Origin: Octopus bimaculoides
Taxonomy: Eukaryota
Assembly: GCF_001194135.2 (NCBI RefSeq)
Contig: NC_068988.1
Span: forward strand, 30,342,218 to 30,378,923
Direction of reading: 5' to 3'
Length of the DNA: 36,706 bases
The position numbers were made by a program, and so were the translations under genes. How positions within the stretch are numbered: position 1 is the first letter of the stretch; each line of letters starts with the position of its first letter. Positions 22,960 through 34,409 of this stretch are shown here, one piece after another. Below the pieces are notes generated by a model. The model saw only the letters and a list, made by a program, of their open reading frames with translations, was not told the DNA's origin and ran no database searches.

Positions 22960-23135
22960 TGGTTGGCATAACCATGATTGACGGATAAAATGCTTTGTGA
23001 TTTTTGTTCTGGCTGTTTACGTTAATGAGTTGGACGAGGTGAACTTTGCCTTACATCATTCTGAAGTCGATTAAATATAATTGAGTGGGATCGATGTAAT
23101 CGTCTGCCCTTTCCCCTCTAAATTGAGGTCGTGTG
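22960..23135 (+). mobile_element. SINE family B, diverged
   Basis: GGATAAAATGCTT...GAGGTGAACTTTGCCTTACATC...TGGGATCGATGTAATCG aligns to the reverse complement of 12925-13143; a second remnant lies at ~22445-22625. Confidence 0.55.
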
Positions 23136-24730
23136 TTTTTTATGTAAATAGATCAACACTTGCTTAAATATTTTTCATTGTATGTGGAACTAGTAAAACA
23201 TTAATTGCAATTATTACTATGAAAAATAGAACAACCGGATATACAAAACATTTACGTTATTTTCTCGTATACGATCTCTCTCTATTTTTAATTGAGACCA
23301 ATGTCTTAGATTTCGAATGGATATTTTGGAAAAATAACTCTTTGTTGGTTAAATACCGTGATTTCTTTGAATGGTTTGAAAAAGGAATGTATAAATCATA
23401 TATAAATGTATACGAGTTTATAGATTAACTATTTTGAATATTTTACTTTTTGTGTGTGTGTATAGGTATGCTGCAGTTTAGAAAATCTTGAGTAAATGCT
23501 ATATACCATAGTTATTGTATTTTAGATTTTGAAATCTGTCTGTAGTAAGCAAGAAAGGTTTTAGATGCAGTCCTTAATGCTTCATTTGAATGTTAATTGT
23601 AAACTATCTTTACCAATTACTCTGTTCCTTAAAAAAAAAAAAATGGACTGCTGTAGGAACAAGATGAAGTCGTTTTGTCCTCGTGTTTCAAGTATAAATA
23701 CCGAAGATTAAATTGGGTTCAGATTTCATTCAGCGATTATGTTGCTTATACCTTTCACGAATAGGTAATAACTGATGCTGATTAAGAAAAAGGAAAAAAA
23801 AAAAATCAAATGTTCTCTGTTTTTATCGTTTCTGAAAATAAATGTAGCGATTATTTTGAGAATTTTTTCAGTTTACTATAGCTTGATTCTTATTTGTAGT
23901 ATTTTTGTTTTTAAATATTTTATTTGAAAATATATTTCTAATATGTGGTGTGTTTTCATTGTTGTGATTGTTATTAGGAAAGAAAGAAAACGGCTTGTTT
24001 TATACATGTGTTAGGTGCCCGCTTTACTCAAATATTTGCTGTTCAGACAAATCAGAAAATGCAAGGGAATTAACTCTGTAAAAACCAGGCATTTAAATTC
24101 CAACTTTTTTTTTTACATTTGAGAAAAGAAAATTAAAATTATATCTCGGTCGAAATTTCCTGAAATTGTTAATAAGACTGGTTTTACTACTTTAATTTTG
24201 TTCAATGTTTACCTTTTTGTGAAGATTTAAAACATACAGTGACAATTTTGATTGTAATATATCAGAAGAATTTTGAAGAGAACAGGTGCTTCGCCCTTTT
24301 GGCTTCGTTAAGTCTCATTCTGTTTTCGCTGCAATCTCAACTGTAAAGTGGTTAATATGCACAAGTAATCATATAGTGTTGTAGGTTTTTTTTTAATCAA
24401 TTCCCAAATCTAAGCCATCAAAGGATTAAATTCAGATATTTACACCGTCTGGTTAAAAATAACAAAAGACATGGTTTCTGACTGCAGTAAAGATTTTAAC
24501 TAAGATGACACGTTTTGTCTTGGAAATATTTCCCCAAATATATTTAGGGTTAGTTTCTACTGCTTATGGTGTTAGAAATTCTATCAATTAAATATATTTC
24601 TTTGATCTTGTAAATATTTGCGACATAATGATATGAAATGTACTGGATTAGTTATCTTTTTAATTCATCTCATGAAGGTATATACATATTTTGTTTTTAA
24701 GCTTGTCACTGTTATCTGAGATGAATAAAT

Positions 24731-24910
24731 AGGCGTTGGAGTAGCTGTGTGGTAAGTAGCTTGCTTACCAACCGCATGGTTCCGGGTCCAGTCCCACCGC
24801 GTGGCACCTTGGGCAAGTGTCTTCTACTATAGCCTCGGACCGACCAAAGAATTGTGAGTGGATTTGGTAGACGGAAACTGATAGAAGCCCGTCATGTATA
24901 CACACACACA
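24731..24910 (+). mobile_element. SINE family A, 5' half, well conserved
   Basis: GGAGTAGCTGTGTGGTAAGTAGCTTGCTTACCAACCGCATGGTTCCGGGTCCAGTCCC...GAAGCCCGTC. Confidence 0.9.
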
Positions 24911-25399
24911 TCATGCTTAAATATCAGCAATCAGTGGGACGGTTGGATGGTGGTTTATTAAATTTGTTCTTCCTTCAAATCCTGGCGACTATTTTGTTTA
25001 GACTTGGATCAGCCAATAATGTTCTAGCCATGACCATCCTGTCATTTTGGATGTCAGGATCTATAACAGTGGTTCTCAACCAACTTTCATCTGTGGAACC
25101 CTGTGGTCCTGGTTTCACTGATAGCCATTTGCTGTTTAAAATACTTTATTTTTTCTGTTCTCTAGTTCTACGTTGATAGGTACAAGTACATAAGTCCATA
25201 TAAAAAGTGCACAGAAGTGACAGTTGGTGCATTATGGGTGGTCACTGGGACATGTTTTTGTGGTACAATCAAAATCTACATCTGATCACACACCCATGTT
25301 ATCACAAATCAAACAGTGATGGTTGTAACGTTGGTTCACAGTTGGGTGTACTTATGTTAGTCCAGATAAGTGATAAATGAGGTTATGACCATAAGAGCA

Positions 25400-25685
25400 A
25401 GCATAGCTGTGAGGTTAAGAAGCTTGCTTTGCAACCATGTGGTTCTGGGTTCAGTCCCAATGTGTAGCACCATGAGCAGGTGTCTTGTTCTATAGTCTCC
25501 ACTGGCCGGTACCTGGTGAATGAATTTGATAGATGGAAACTGTGTGAAGCCTGTTGTGTGTGTGTGTGTGTGTATATATATGTGTGTTTTTGTCTGTGAA
25601 TGTGTTTGGCTAAAACCCCTTCATGGTGATGCCTTGGAATGGCTGCAGTCCAGTGACTGAAACAAGTAAAAGATGATAAAAGGAT
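25400..25685 (+). mobile_element. SINE family A, internally deleted, diverged
   Basis: Head, CORE-like segment and tail CAGTCCAGTGACTGAAACAAGTAAAAG present. Confidence 0.75.
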
Positions 25686-26103
25686 GAAAATGTGTGTGAA
25701 GGACACAGGCCATCTTTAGTAAGTCAACAGAAGGATCAGGTATTGAAAGTTGACAGTTTTATGAGTTAGAAACTGATTAAGGATTTGAGGGCAGGGGAAA
25801 CTGAATCATCAGGTGCTGTCCAAAAGATGCTGATAAAGTAGAACATGCACTAGTTTTGGAGTTTGATGGGAGGCAGAGATAAAGTTGTGGGAGGGTGTTG
25901 AAGTAGGGAGAAATAGGGTGGGGGAGCTATGGATGAATGCAGTGAGGGCAATGAAAAAAAAGCAGGGGTTATCATAGAGGTGATGAGGAGCAGAGGATGA
26001 ATGCAGCAAGTGTCTCAGTAAATAAAACACTACTTGTTTTAGCTTCCTCTCTAGTATGAGAGAAGATCTCTCGAAACTGTCTAAAGTGGCTTGGCCGTAT
26101 TCT

Positions 26104-26314
26104 AAGTTAGCGCCAGGAGAATTCATTCACAAGGTGGTCAACCTGGTTCACCTCCCAGGTTGGTGCAAACAAGCATAGATGTAAGGATCCAACCATGCTT
26201 CCATGTCTGCCTTTACCAGCCATGTCTTCAGCTGTCCTCCTGCTTGTTTGCACCAACCTGGGAGGTGAACCAGGTTGACCACCTGGTGAATGAATTCCCC
26301 CTGGAGGCTAACTT
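26104..26314. repeat. Inverted repeat, 57-bp core arms (56/57), 65-nt spacer
   Basis: 26119-26175 vs reverse complement of 26241-26297; imperfect extension to 26104 and 26314. Confidence 0.95.
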
Positions 26315-26646
26315 TTGTTCTTTTCTGTTGAAGAGTGTAGGCTTGAAACGTAAAATACTTTCTCACTTCCAGAGCATTAAACTAATGCATCTGTGTGTTA
26401 TTTGCACACCCGTCTTCATCTTTTTTTTTTTTTTTTTTNNNNNNNNNNNNNNNNNNNNNNNNNNNNNNNNNNNNNNNNNNNNNNNNNNNNNNNNNNNNNN
26501 NNNNNNNNNNNNNNNNNNNNNNNNNNNNNNNNNNNNNNNNNNNNNNNNNNNNNNNNNNNNNNNNNNNNNNNNNNNNNNNNNNNNNNNNNNNNNNNNNNNN
26601 NNNNNNNNNNNNNNNNNNNNNNNNNNNNNNNNNNNNNNNNNNNNNN

Positions 26647-26684
<38 letters not shown>

Positions 26685-26703
26685 GTATAGATACACACAC
26701 ACA

Positions 26704-27498
26704 CAAGATGTTTGGGCTAAATTTGATGATTTGTTTTGTCTCCTTTTCTAAAGAACAACTTGATGTATTGGACAGTCATTTTGCATTGGAGAGATTAAAT
26801 TTGTAGTTGAGAGAAAAAGTTGGGTGACATGGAGAAGTTGAGGCCATCTGAATGTTGGGAACGAGTTAATTGTGTCATCATGATTTGTATTCGGTATCAA
26901 AATAGCAACATCATGACTGCTGCTAAGTGCTCTCTGAAGAGATCATGAAAACTAATTTTCCCCCAAAATGTGATGGTATTTCTGTATATTTCCAGTGAGG
27001 GTGACATCATGCTGCCCCACACCTTTGAAAAGGGCCTGAGGCTCAACTCAGACAGCTATGTGATGCTGTTTGGACACTGTAAATGTAGTAGCATCATTTG
27101 GCTCCTTGCCATACGTCCAGAAAGAGTCAGAAGTGGTCATCGGAGAGTTTCTATGACATCACCAGGTCCGGTTTCTGGCATCCTTATTGCCCTTGATTGT
27201 AACCCATGGAATTACATGTGGGATGCAATTGAGAGACATCAACTGCTCTGCCTGCAATACCAAGACTGAGCTGGTGGCCAGGTTCAAGGAGGTATTCAAG
27301 GATCTGCCCAGGAACGCATGCGCCAGATTTTGGAGTTGTCTCGAGGCCATTGTGGAAGCTGAGGGCTGCTACTTTGACAAACTCTCCAGCCATAATCTAG
27401 TTATTATTTTGGGGTTTTTTAAAAGGTTTTTATTTTTGGATGTTTTTTTTTTCCCTACTACTTTTATACAAACTGTCCAATTTAGCTCAAACACCCTG
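26704..27498 (+). mobile_element. Decayed, internally deleted Tc1/mariner DNA transposon, DD37D (maT) type
   Basis: Frameshifted transposase C-terminus: MMVF..ISSEGDIMLPHTFEKGLRLNSD; (*HHL)APCHTSRKSQKW...WHPYC/PDCNPWNYMWDAIER; ...ACARFWSCLEAIVEAEGCYFD. There are 37 residues between the degenerate QQD and DY positions. Degenerate ~29-bp TIRs at 26704-26732 and 27470-27498. Confidence 0.85.
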
Positions 27499-27500
27499 GA

Positions 27501-27549
<49 letters not shown>

Positions 27550-27724
27550 AAGTTTTGGCTGCTATATCTAGCATGGTGGTATCTTTTAGATACCCTTCAT
27601 TATAATTTTAATATTAATTATTACCTATGAGGTTTTTATTCCCATGCTAGCCAGTTGATATGATCAGTTTTTTAAATAATGATCTTACCAGTTTTGCATA
27701 ACCAGCCCCAGCCCATTCAAAAGT

Positions 27725-28012
27725 ACCTTGGATCGTAGGGCGACCTGCTGTGCTTGAGGAGACCTATTGAATCAAGTACATCAACATCAAAATGAAAATC
27801 AAATGGAAATTGTAGTTGTAATACCCATGCCCGTGGCATGTAAAAAGCACCCACTACACTCACGGAGTGGTTGGTGTTAGGCAGGCCATCCAGCTGTAGA
27901 AACACTGCCAGATTAGACTGGAGCTTGGTGCAGCCTCCTGGTTTCCTAGACCCTGGTTGAACTGTCCAACCCATGCTAGCATGGAAAACGGACGTTAAAC
28001 GATGATGATGAT
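27725..28012 (+). mobile_element. Family M element with a LINE-like 5' extension
   Basis: GCT GTG CTT GAG GAG ACC TAT TGA (AVLEETY*, 27747-27770) resembles an RTE ORF C-terminus (inference); then GTTGGTGTTAGGCAGGCCATCCAGC and CCAACCCATGCTAGCATGGAAAACGGACGTTAAAC(GAT)n. Confidence 0.75.
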
Positions 28013-28054
28013 ATATATATATATATATATATATATAGGAAAATGAAGTTTGTG

Positions 28055-28257
28055 AAGTTTGTGTTAAGCAGGAAGTGTGGTGCCAAAACAGAATTCCAAC
28101 CATTTCTTAACACACATACCCCTCAGTGACCTTATTTCTCTAGGAACAGACATAAACTTCCTGTTGGAAAAGAGTTCATAACTCCAACTAAAAACATTTG
28201 TCTCCCCTTACACATACTTCCTGTTTTGACACCACACTTCCTGCTTAACACAAACTT
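28055..28257. repeat. MITE-like element, 37-bp terminal inverted repeats (36/37)
   Basis: 28055-28091 vs reverse complement of 28221-28257; 129-nt spacer. Confidence 0.85.
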
Positions 28258-28399
28258 TTAACCCTTTTTTAAAACCTAACACAACTCTCAATTCTCATGC
28301 ATCCTTATTTTTCCAACCATTATATACATGAACTACCATTGAACTTCAAAAGCTCAAAGACAATATAATGTATTGGTATAGTTATTTTTTTATATATTA

Positions 28400-28950
28400 T
28401 TTTCTTCATTTTGTACTTCTTTGTAAAAAACATTTTTATTCTCCTTCTTGAAAATTTGCTTCGCAATGAAAGCCGGTTAGAAATCTTTAAAATATGCTTT
28501 CAATTTAGCATTCTGCCTTATTCTTCATTTTCCTATTATTTCTCCACGTGCGGTTAACACCTGATTTGTTCAAATAGTATTTGTTAAAAGTTTTTGTCAT
28601 TTCTTTTGTTGTTTACATTGAATATATTTAGAAATATTTTCCAGATGCAGAAAACATTTTAACCGCCATTTAGCAATGTTTAATTTTGTTATTAGCTTCA
28701 CATTTGCTGTTACTTCTCCGCTGAGATGGTTGTATTTTTAGAAAAACTGAAATCTTGTCTCTAATCAAAAGTTTTAAGTATTTCTGACGATGAGTGGAGT
28801 TTAACCTCGGCAACAAAACAGAATTGAATGGTACTGATGGCACCATTGTCTATCTGTTGTCTGCAATTGTTGGAACATTTCTTTCTCTATGTAGCAACTT
28901 ACTTTCCAGAATACTTCAGTTTATTTCTATAAATATCCTACATCTCTTAA
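28400..28950 (-). mobile_element. Possible very old pogo/Tigger-like transposase remnant
   Basis: Minus-strand fragments LESKLL and KWRLKCFLHLENISK loosely resemble CENP-B-type HTH motifs; many stops. Confidence 0.2.
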
Positions 28951-29279
28951 ACATAGTCCTTATATAAGTATGATAATATTTCAATGTTTGTTCTCATAAT
29001 TAGTATTTTCCGGATTTTTTGTATCTTCGTAGTTGATCTATTGTAGTTAGTAACTTTTATACTGTTTTTTTTTTCTTTCATATTCGTCATAATATTGGCA
29101 CCATAGGCTAGTTATCTCCTATAGCCCAGGGCGGTCATCTGTTACAGTCCTGTGAATGGATTTAGTAGAAAAAAATGAAAAGGCCTGTTTTATATATTTA
29201 GACACATGCATGCATGTGTGTGTGTTGACTTGTTGCATGATTGTTGTAAATGAATGTCAATCATTTCCAATATTTTGCT

Positions 29280-29535
29280 AGACATGTGTAGCCATGGAGA
29301 AATATTACGTTGCTTGGAAACTGGTATCAGGTTGGTACCACATAAAAAGCACCTGTGCTGGTGACATGTAAAAAGCACCCAGTGCACTCTGTACTGTAAA
29401 GTGGACATCCAGCCATAGAAACCATGCTTAAACAGACAATTAGAGACTGGTGCAGCTCTCTGGCTTGCAAGTTCCTGTCAAACTGTCCAGCCCATGCCAG
29501 CATGGGAAACTGATCTTTAATGATGATGATGATGA
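29280..29535 (+). mobile_element. Family C fragment fused to a family M 3' module
   Basis: CCATGGAGAAATATTACGTTGCTTGGAAAC, then two TAAAAAGCAC units and CAGCCCATGCCAGCATGG...(TGA)n. Confidence 0.7.
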
Positions 29536-30134
29536 CAAAAGGCATCCAGCTGCAGAAACTCTACCTCAGTAAAACTCCATCTGAAACGATGGGGATAATA
29601 ATGGTGAGTGGTAAGCTAGAGAAGTATTAGGGTCCTTGTTTAATATTCATCTTTTGATGCCATTTCATAAACATGTTTACTAATAATGTTCTTGGGAAAT
29701 ACATGACTGTTTAGTTTTCTCCTCCAGAGATATGTTTCAGTGCCTAGTCAAAAGAAACCAATATTAGTTCTTCAATAAGAAGTTTAAAAATCTGAATTAG
29801 AAATCGTCTAAATAGGTGTTGGTGTAGATTGGGTTCAGTCCCACTTTTGGGGTACCTTGGGCGAGTTTCTTCTACGATAGCCTGGGACAAGCAAAACCCT
29901 GTGAGTGGGATATGCTGCAGGAAGATTAAAAGAAGCCTGCTATATGTGTGTGTTGCTGAGGAGGTGAGAGATTTCTGGATAATAGACATGAGTTAGAATA
30001 AGAACAGTAATAAATGAGCAAAGAATAAGTATATTTAGTGCATGTGTTTATTTGGCAAAAAAAAAAAACATCTCAAAATACAACAATATGTTTCAACACA
30101 CAACTTCACATCAGGAATCATGCAACACAAATTC

Positions 30135-30365
30135 ATATATCATCATCATCATCATCGTCGTTCAACCTCTGCTTTCTATGCTGGCATGGGTTTGATGGTT
30201 TGACTGAGGACTGGCAAGCCAGGAGGCTGCACTGGGTTCCAATCTGATCTGGCAAGGTTTCTACAGCTGGATGCCCTTCCTAATGCCAACCACTCGGAGA
30301 GTGTAGTGGGTGCTTTTTTATGTGCCACTGGCACAGGAGCCAGTCAGGCAGCACTGGCATCATCC
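30135..30365 (-). mobile_element. Family M element
   Basis: (CAT)n tail, ATGCTGGCATGGGTTTG, GGATGCCCTTCCTAATGCCAACCAC, GGTGCTTTTTTATGTGCCAC. Confidence 0.8.
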
Positions 30366-30902
30366 ATACTCGAATACACATATATCATTATTTTTGATGT
30401 CCATTTTCCATGCTTGAATAAGTTGGATGGAGTTTATTGAGGCAGAATTTCAATGGCTTGTTGCTAACCCTTGCCTTGTTTCCAAGCATGGTGGTTTTTC
30501 CTGACGGTCAGACATGTTCTGGCTTTAATATAAATGTGTGTGTGTGTGTATAATCTTATCTTGATGTCATGTAATGTTTGTAAATGAGCATCACCATCAT
30601 ATACACAATGCTGTTTGTTTCCAGTCTTGTGTGGGGAAAACATATCTGATTATGGGGTGGCCGATGACAGCACTGCCTGATTGGCACTCGTGTCAGTGGC
30701 ACGTAAAAGGCACTGTTCAAGCATGATTGTTGCAAGCGTCGTCTTACATATCTTGTAAGGCTTATGCATACGCTTGTACTTCGGGTAGGCCTGTATGTTA
30801 TAACTGTTATAAAGATATTGTGAGCTGGAGTCGGTATAGTTTTACCGACTCCGACTACTCCTTAATTGTTTCTGACTCCATGACTCTGGTTTTATATGTG
30901 TG

Positions 30903-31262
30903 CAGGTGTGGCCATGTGTTAAGAAGTTTACTTCCCAACATGGATCTGGGTTCAGTCCTACTGTGTGGCACCTTGGGCAAGTGTCATCTACTAGAGCTTT
31001 GGTCTGACCAAAGCGTTGTGAGTGGATTTGATAGATGGTAACTGAAAGAAGCCCATCCTATGTGTGTGTGTGTGTGTGTATCTTTGTGTCTGTGTTCTCC
31101 ACCAAGACTTGACAACTGGTGTTAGTGTGTTTATGTCCTCGTACAAATTGTTCAGCAAAGACACCAATAGATGAGGTATCAGGTTGATTCATTCAACTAA
31201 AAACTCTTCAAGGCAGTGCCCCAGTATGGCCACAGTCAAATGGCTGAAACAAATAAAAGATG
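30903..31262 (+). mobile_element. SINE family A, near full length, diverged
   Basis: Head, GGCACCTTGGGCAAGTGTC, internal (TG)n, tail CCCAGTATGGCCACAGTCAAATGGCTGAAACAAATAAAAG. Confidence 0.85.
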
Positions 31263-31631
31263 TATAACGAAAATACCTAAGCGCTTGTTTCTGTGTGTCT
31301 AAGATGGAGATGATGGTTTGCATGATTTAATTAAATCTGTGTGAAAACGATTACTTATCTCTTGTAGTTTTAGAAACCAATTAATCAATCAGCCATTAAT
31401 GCTAATGTGTATAAATAAGATGTAAAAAGCGAGAAAGAAAGAAAGACAAAAAGCTTAGATCTTATCAAGCAGCAAATGGAGGAATAGATTAGTGCAGACA
31501 TTTGTATTGAAATACAAATTATATTTAAATACTGAGACAATACGAGATAGTGTTGATAGATTTATGGTTTAGACAGGAACCGTGAAAAGGGTGTTGATAG
31601 AGGGAGGATAATTGATACTGACTATATATGG

Positions 31632-31663
<32 letters not shown>

Positions 31664-32159
31664 NNNNNNNNNNNNNNNNNNNNNNNNNNNNNNNNNNNNN
31701 NNNNNNNNNNNNNNNNNNNNNNNNNNNNNNNNNNNNNNNNNNNNNNNNNNNNNNNNNNNNNNNNNNNNNNNNNNNNNNNNNNNNNNNNNNNNNNNNNNNN
31801 NNNNNNNNNNNNNNNNNNNNNNNNNNNNNNNNNNNNNNNNNNNNNNNNNNNNNNNNNNNNNNNNNNNNNNNNNNNNNNNNNNNNNNNNNNNNNNNNNNNN
31901 NNNNNNNNNNNNNNNNNNNNNNNNNNNNNNNNNNNNNNNNNNNNNNNNNNNNNNNNNNTTATTTAATTTATCTTGTTTTGAATTAATCATACATGAAATG
32001 TGACAGAGTACTCTGAATGGTAAAGGATTCAGTTGAACAAATCAACCCCAGTATTTATTTTTTCCAAGTCTGGTACTTATTCGATCGGAGTCTTTTGCTG
32101 AACTGCCAGTTCCTGGTGATGTAAACAAACCAGCACCAGTTGTCAACTGATGGTAGATG

Positions 32160-32480
32160 TAAGTGGTTGTGTAGTAAGTAGCTTGTTTACCAACCACATG
32201 GTTCCAGGTTCAGTCCCTCTGCGTGGCACCTTGGGCAAGTATCTTCTACTATAGCCTTGGGCCGACCAAAGACTTGTGAGTGGATTTGGTAGATGGAAAC
32301 TGAAAGAAGCCTGTCCTATGTATGTATGTTTGTGTCTCCCACAACATCACCTGACAACCAATGCTGGTGCGTTTACATTTGGCAAAAGAGACCGATAGAA
32401 TAAGTCCTGGGGTTGATTTGCTCAACTGAAGATGGTGCCCCAGCTTGGCTGCAGTCAAATGACTGAAACAAGTAAAAGAG
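32160..32480 (+). mobile_element. SINE family A, near full length
   Basis: GTGTAGTAAGTAGCTTGTTTACCAACCACATGGTTCCAGGTTCAGTCCC...GACTGAAACAAGTAAAAGAG; preceded by another tail fragment at ~32030-32155. Confidence 0.85.
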
Positions 32481-32499
32481 TATATATAATGTATGTGAT

Positions 32500-32640
32500 G
32501 GGCTTCTATATAGTTTCTCTCTACCAAATTCACTCACAAGCATTGGTTGGCTTGGACACTTGCCCATGGTGCTGTACAATGGGCTTGAACTTGAAACCAC
32601 ATGGCTGCAAAGTGAGCCTTTTAACCACACAGACATATCT
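32500..32640 (-). mobile_element. SINE family A head, inverted relative to 32160-32480
   Basis: CTACCAAATTCACTCACAAG...GGACACTTGCCCATGGTG...TTAACCACACAG. Confidence 0.75.
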
Positions 32641-33056
32641 GCTTCAATAATTCAAGTAAATTTCACAAATTATATACCCTGGTATATATATATATATATG
32701 TTATCAGTATTGTGCCTAAATGTGTAGACATCAGCTTCATTGCCATCTGTTACAAGAAGAGGGAAGTTACTAAGTTGTGAAATAAATTTTGGATTATTAA
32801 AACTTGTTAAATGGAGTTGTAAAAATTGGAGCAAAAATTCATTCTTTCATTCTTGTGTGAGAGGACTTTATTTCTGGCACTAAGCTTCAGTTCCCAGTTC
32901 ATTTCGGTGCTTCACATTCACCAGGTTGTTCTGTCAAAGACAAAACAATTTAATGTCATTAAGTGAAGCAGTGAGATTCTTTTAGCCAACTTAGTCACAA
33001 TGTGTGATACTACAATGAAGGGGCCAATGCCACAACAATTTGTCCATTGCAACTTG

Positions 33057-33275
33057 TTAACCCTTTAGCATCGAAATTAATGTAATGCCTATTTATTCAC
33101 GTTGTTTTGAATTAATTGGGCATTATCTTGTAGTTTCGTTATTTGATGATATGATTTTGTTTACTTTTAGAGTGACAGTGTAGGATAAGTGTGAGATGCC
33201 AGATCTGGCTGGTTTGACCATATACAGAAAGAATATTTTGGCTGGATGTAGCTGGTTTAAATGCTAACAGGCTAA
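33057..33275 (+). mobile_element. piggyBac-like MITE (TTAA-CCC termini)
   Basis: Left end TTAA CCCTTTAGCAT; right end ATGCTAACAGG CTAA (degenerate). The internal sequence recurs at 35384-35545, and a right-end fragment AATGCTTAAGGGTTAA lies at ~2232-2247. Confidence 0.65.
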
Positions 33276-34409
33276 GCAAACTCTGGTAGATGAGTTACTC
33301 AAAGTATTGCTAGGGTTAATGGGAAAATCAAATTCCATACATATAGCTTCTGTGTGTAAGACTGCGTACTACATTTACCATACTCTTAGCCAAAAATGAT
33401 GGCTTGAAAATATAAGCATTGGAAAATCAATATAAATGGAAAAGAACTTATATGCTTAGAAGAAAGGCTAAAATTCTTTGAAATCTGGTTGAACAGTGTT
33501 AAATTGTGTGTGTTCAAAATCTTCATTGCTTAAAGTAATAGTGTATGAAGATAAAAGTGGATAGAATTATTAGTGATATGACGGTATTTCAAAAAGACAT
33601 ACCGAAACTAATATGTGTAGATAGCATAGGAGTATAGCCCAGATAGGAAGACTATTGATATGGAAAGATATATTGGTAAGTATAAGAGAAGATGCATATA
33701 TTGTCGGTCAGTTAGGAAGATTGAAGATTTTGTAGACTTTGTAGAATAATGGGTGAAATGGTGTGAGAAATAGCAGAATGCGACTTCTCAGGATGCTGTT
33801 TTAACCAACATAAAACTTGGAGATATATTGTTGTATTAATGTGGGTTGCAGTGATTGATAAGAGAAGAAATAAGACTAAAATTGACTATTAATATAGGAT
33901 AGTAATTGAATTGTCAGAGCCAAGCTATTGGCGCTTGTATCATGGTTATGCAAAGTAGATGTTTCATTTGGTATATAATTAAGACTTGAATTTGGGTTAG
34001 TAAATTGCAATGTAGTTGGACGGTGGTTAAAGACATGCCACTATATTGGGTTGGCAGCCGCCTGTGCATATTGATTTGTGTTTGTGTGTGATTAGTCTGG
34101 ATTAGGTGTGATGTGTTTTGGGTAGTAAATAAGATGTATGCATTTATGTATGTGAATGTATGTGTTTGTGTATGAGAAAAAAAAATGGAAACAGATGTGT
34201 ACAGAGAGAGAGAGAGGCACAATTATATCATTATCTTCATTGTTTTAACATGCTTTACTGTGTCTGCGTGAGTCAGATGGAGTTTAACGAGACATTTTCT
34301 ATAGCTGGACACCCAGTTGCAATCTATATCTATCCATCCACATACGCTCACACACACACACACATATATGAAATTAAATATAAGACAAAAGAACTGGAAC
34401 TTATACAGT

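Larger units (their letters stand above)
4179..31958. other. Assembly gaps (N runs): 4179-4278, 6816-7424, 7969-8756, 14147-14435, 21653-21726, 22788-22797, 26439-26646, 31664-31958
   Basis: Directly visible; most abut microsatellites or repeats. They create the poly-X ORFs in the track. Confidence 1.

Noticed and set aside
23466-23491. tatag|GTATGC...CTTGA|gtaaat as exon following MASSPLK
   Set aside because: The peptide VCCSLENL is unrecognisable, the acceptor lies in a (TG)n tract and the donor is weak.
25067-25081. hAT/Charlie-like TIR CAGTGGTTCTCAACC (similar at 2175-2188)
   Set aside because: No matching opposite terminus or TSD found.
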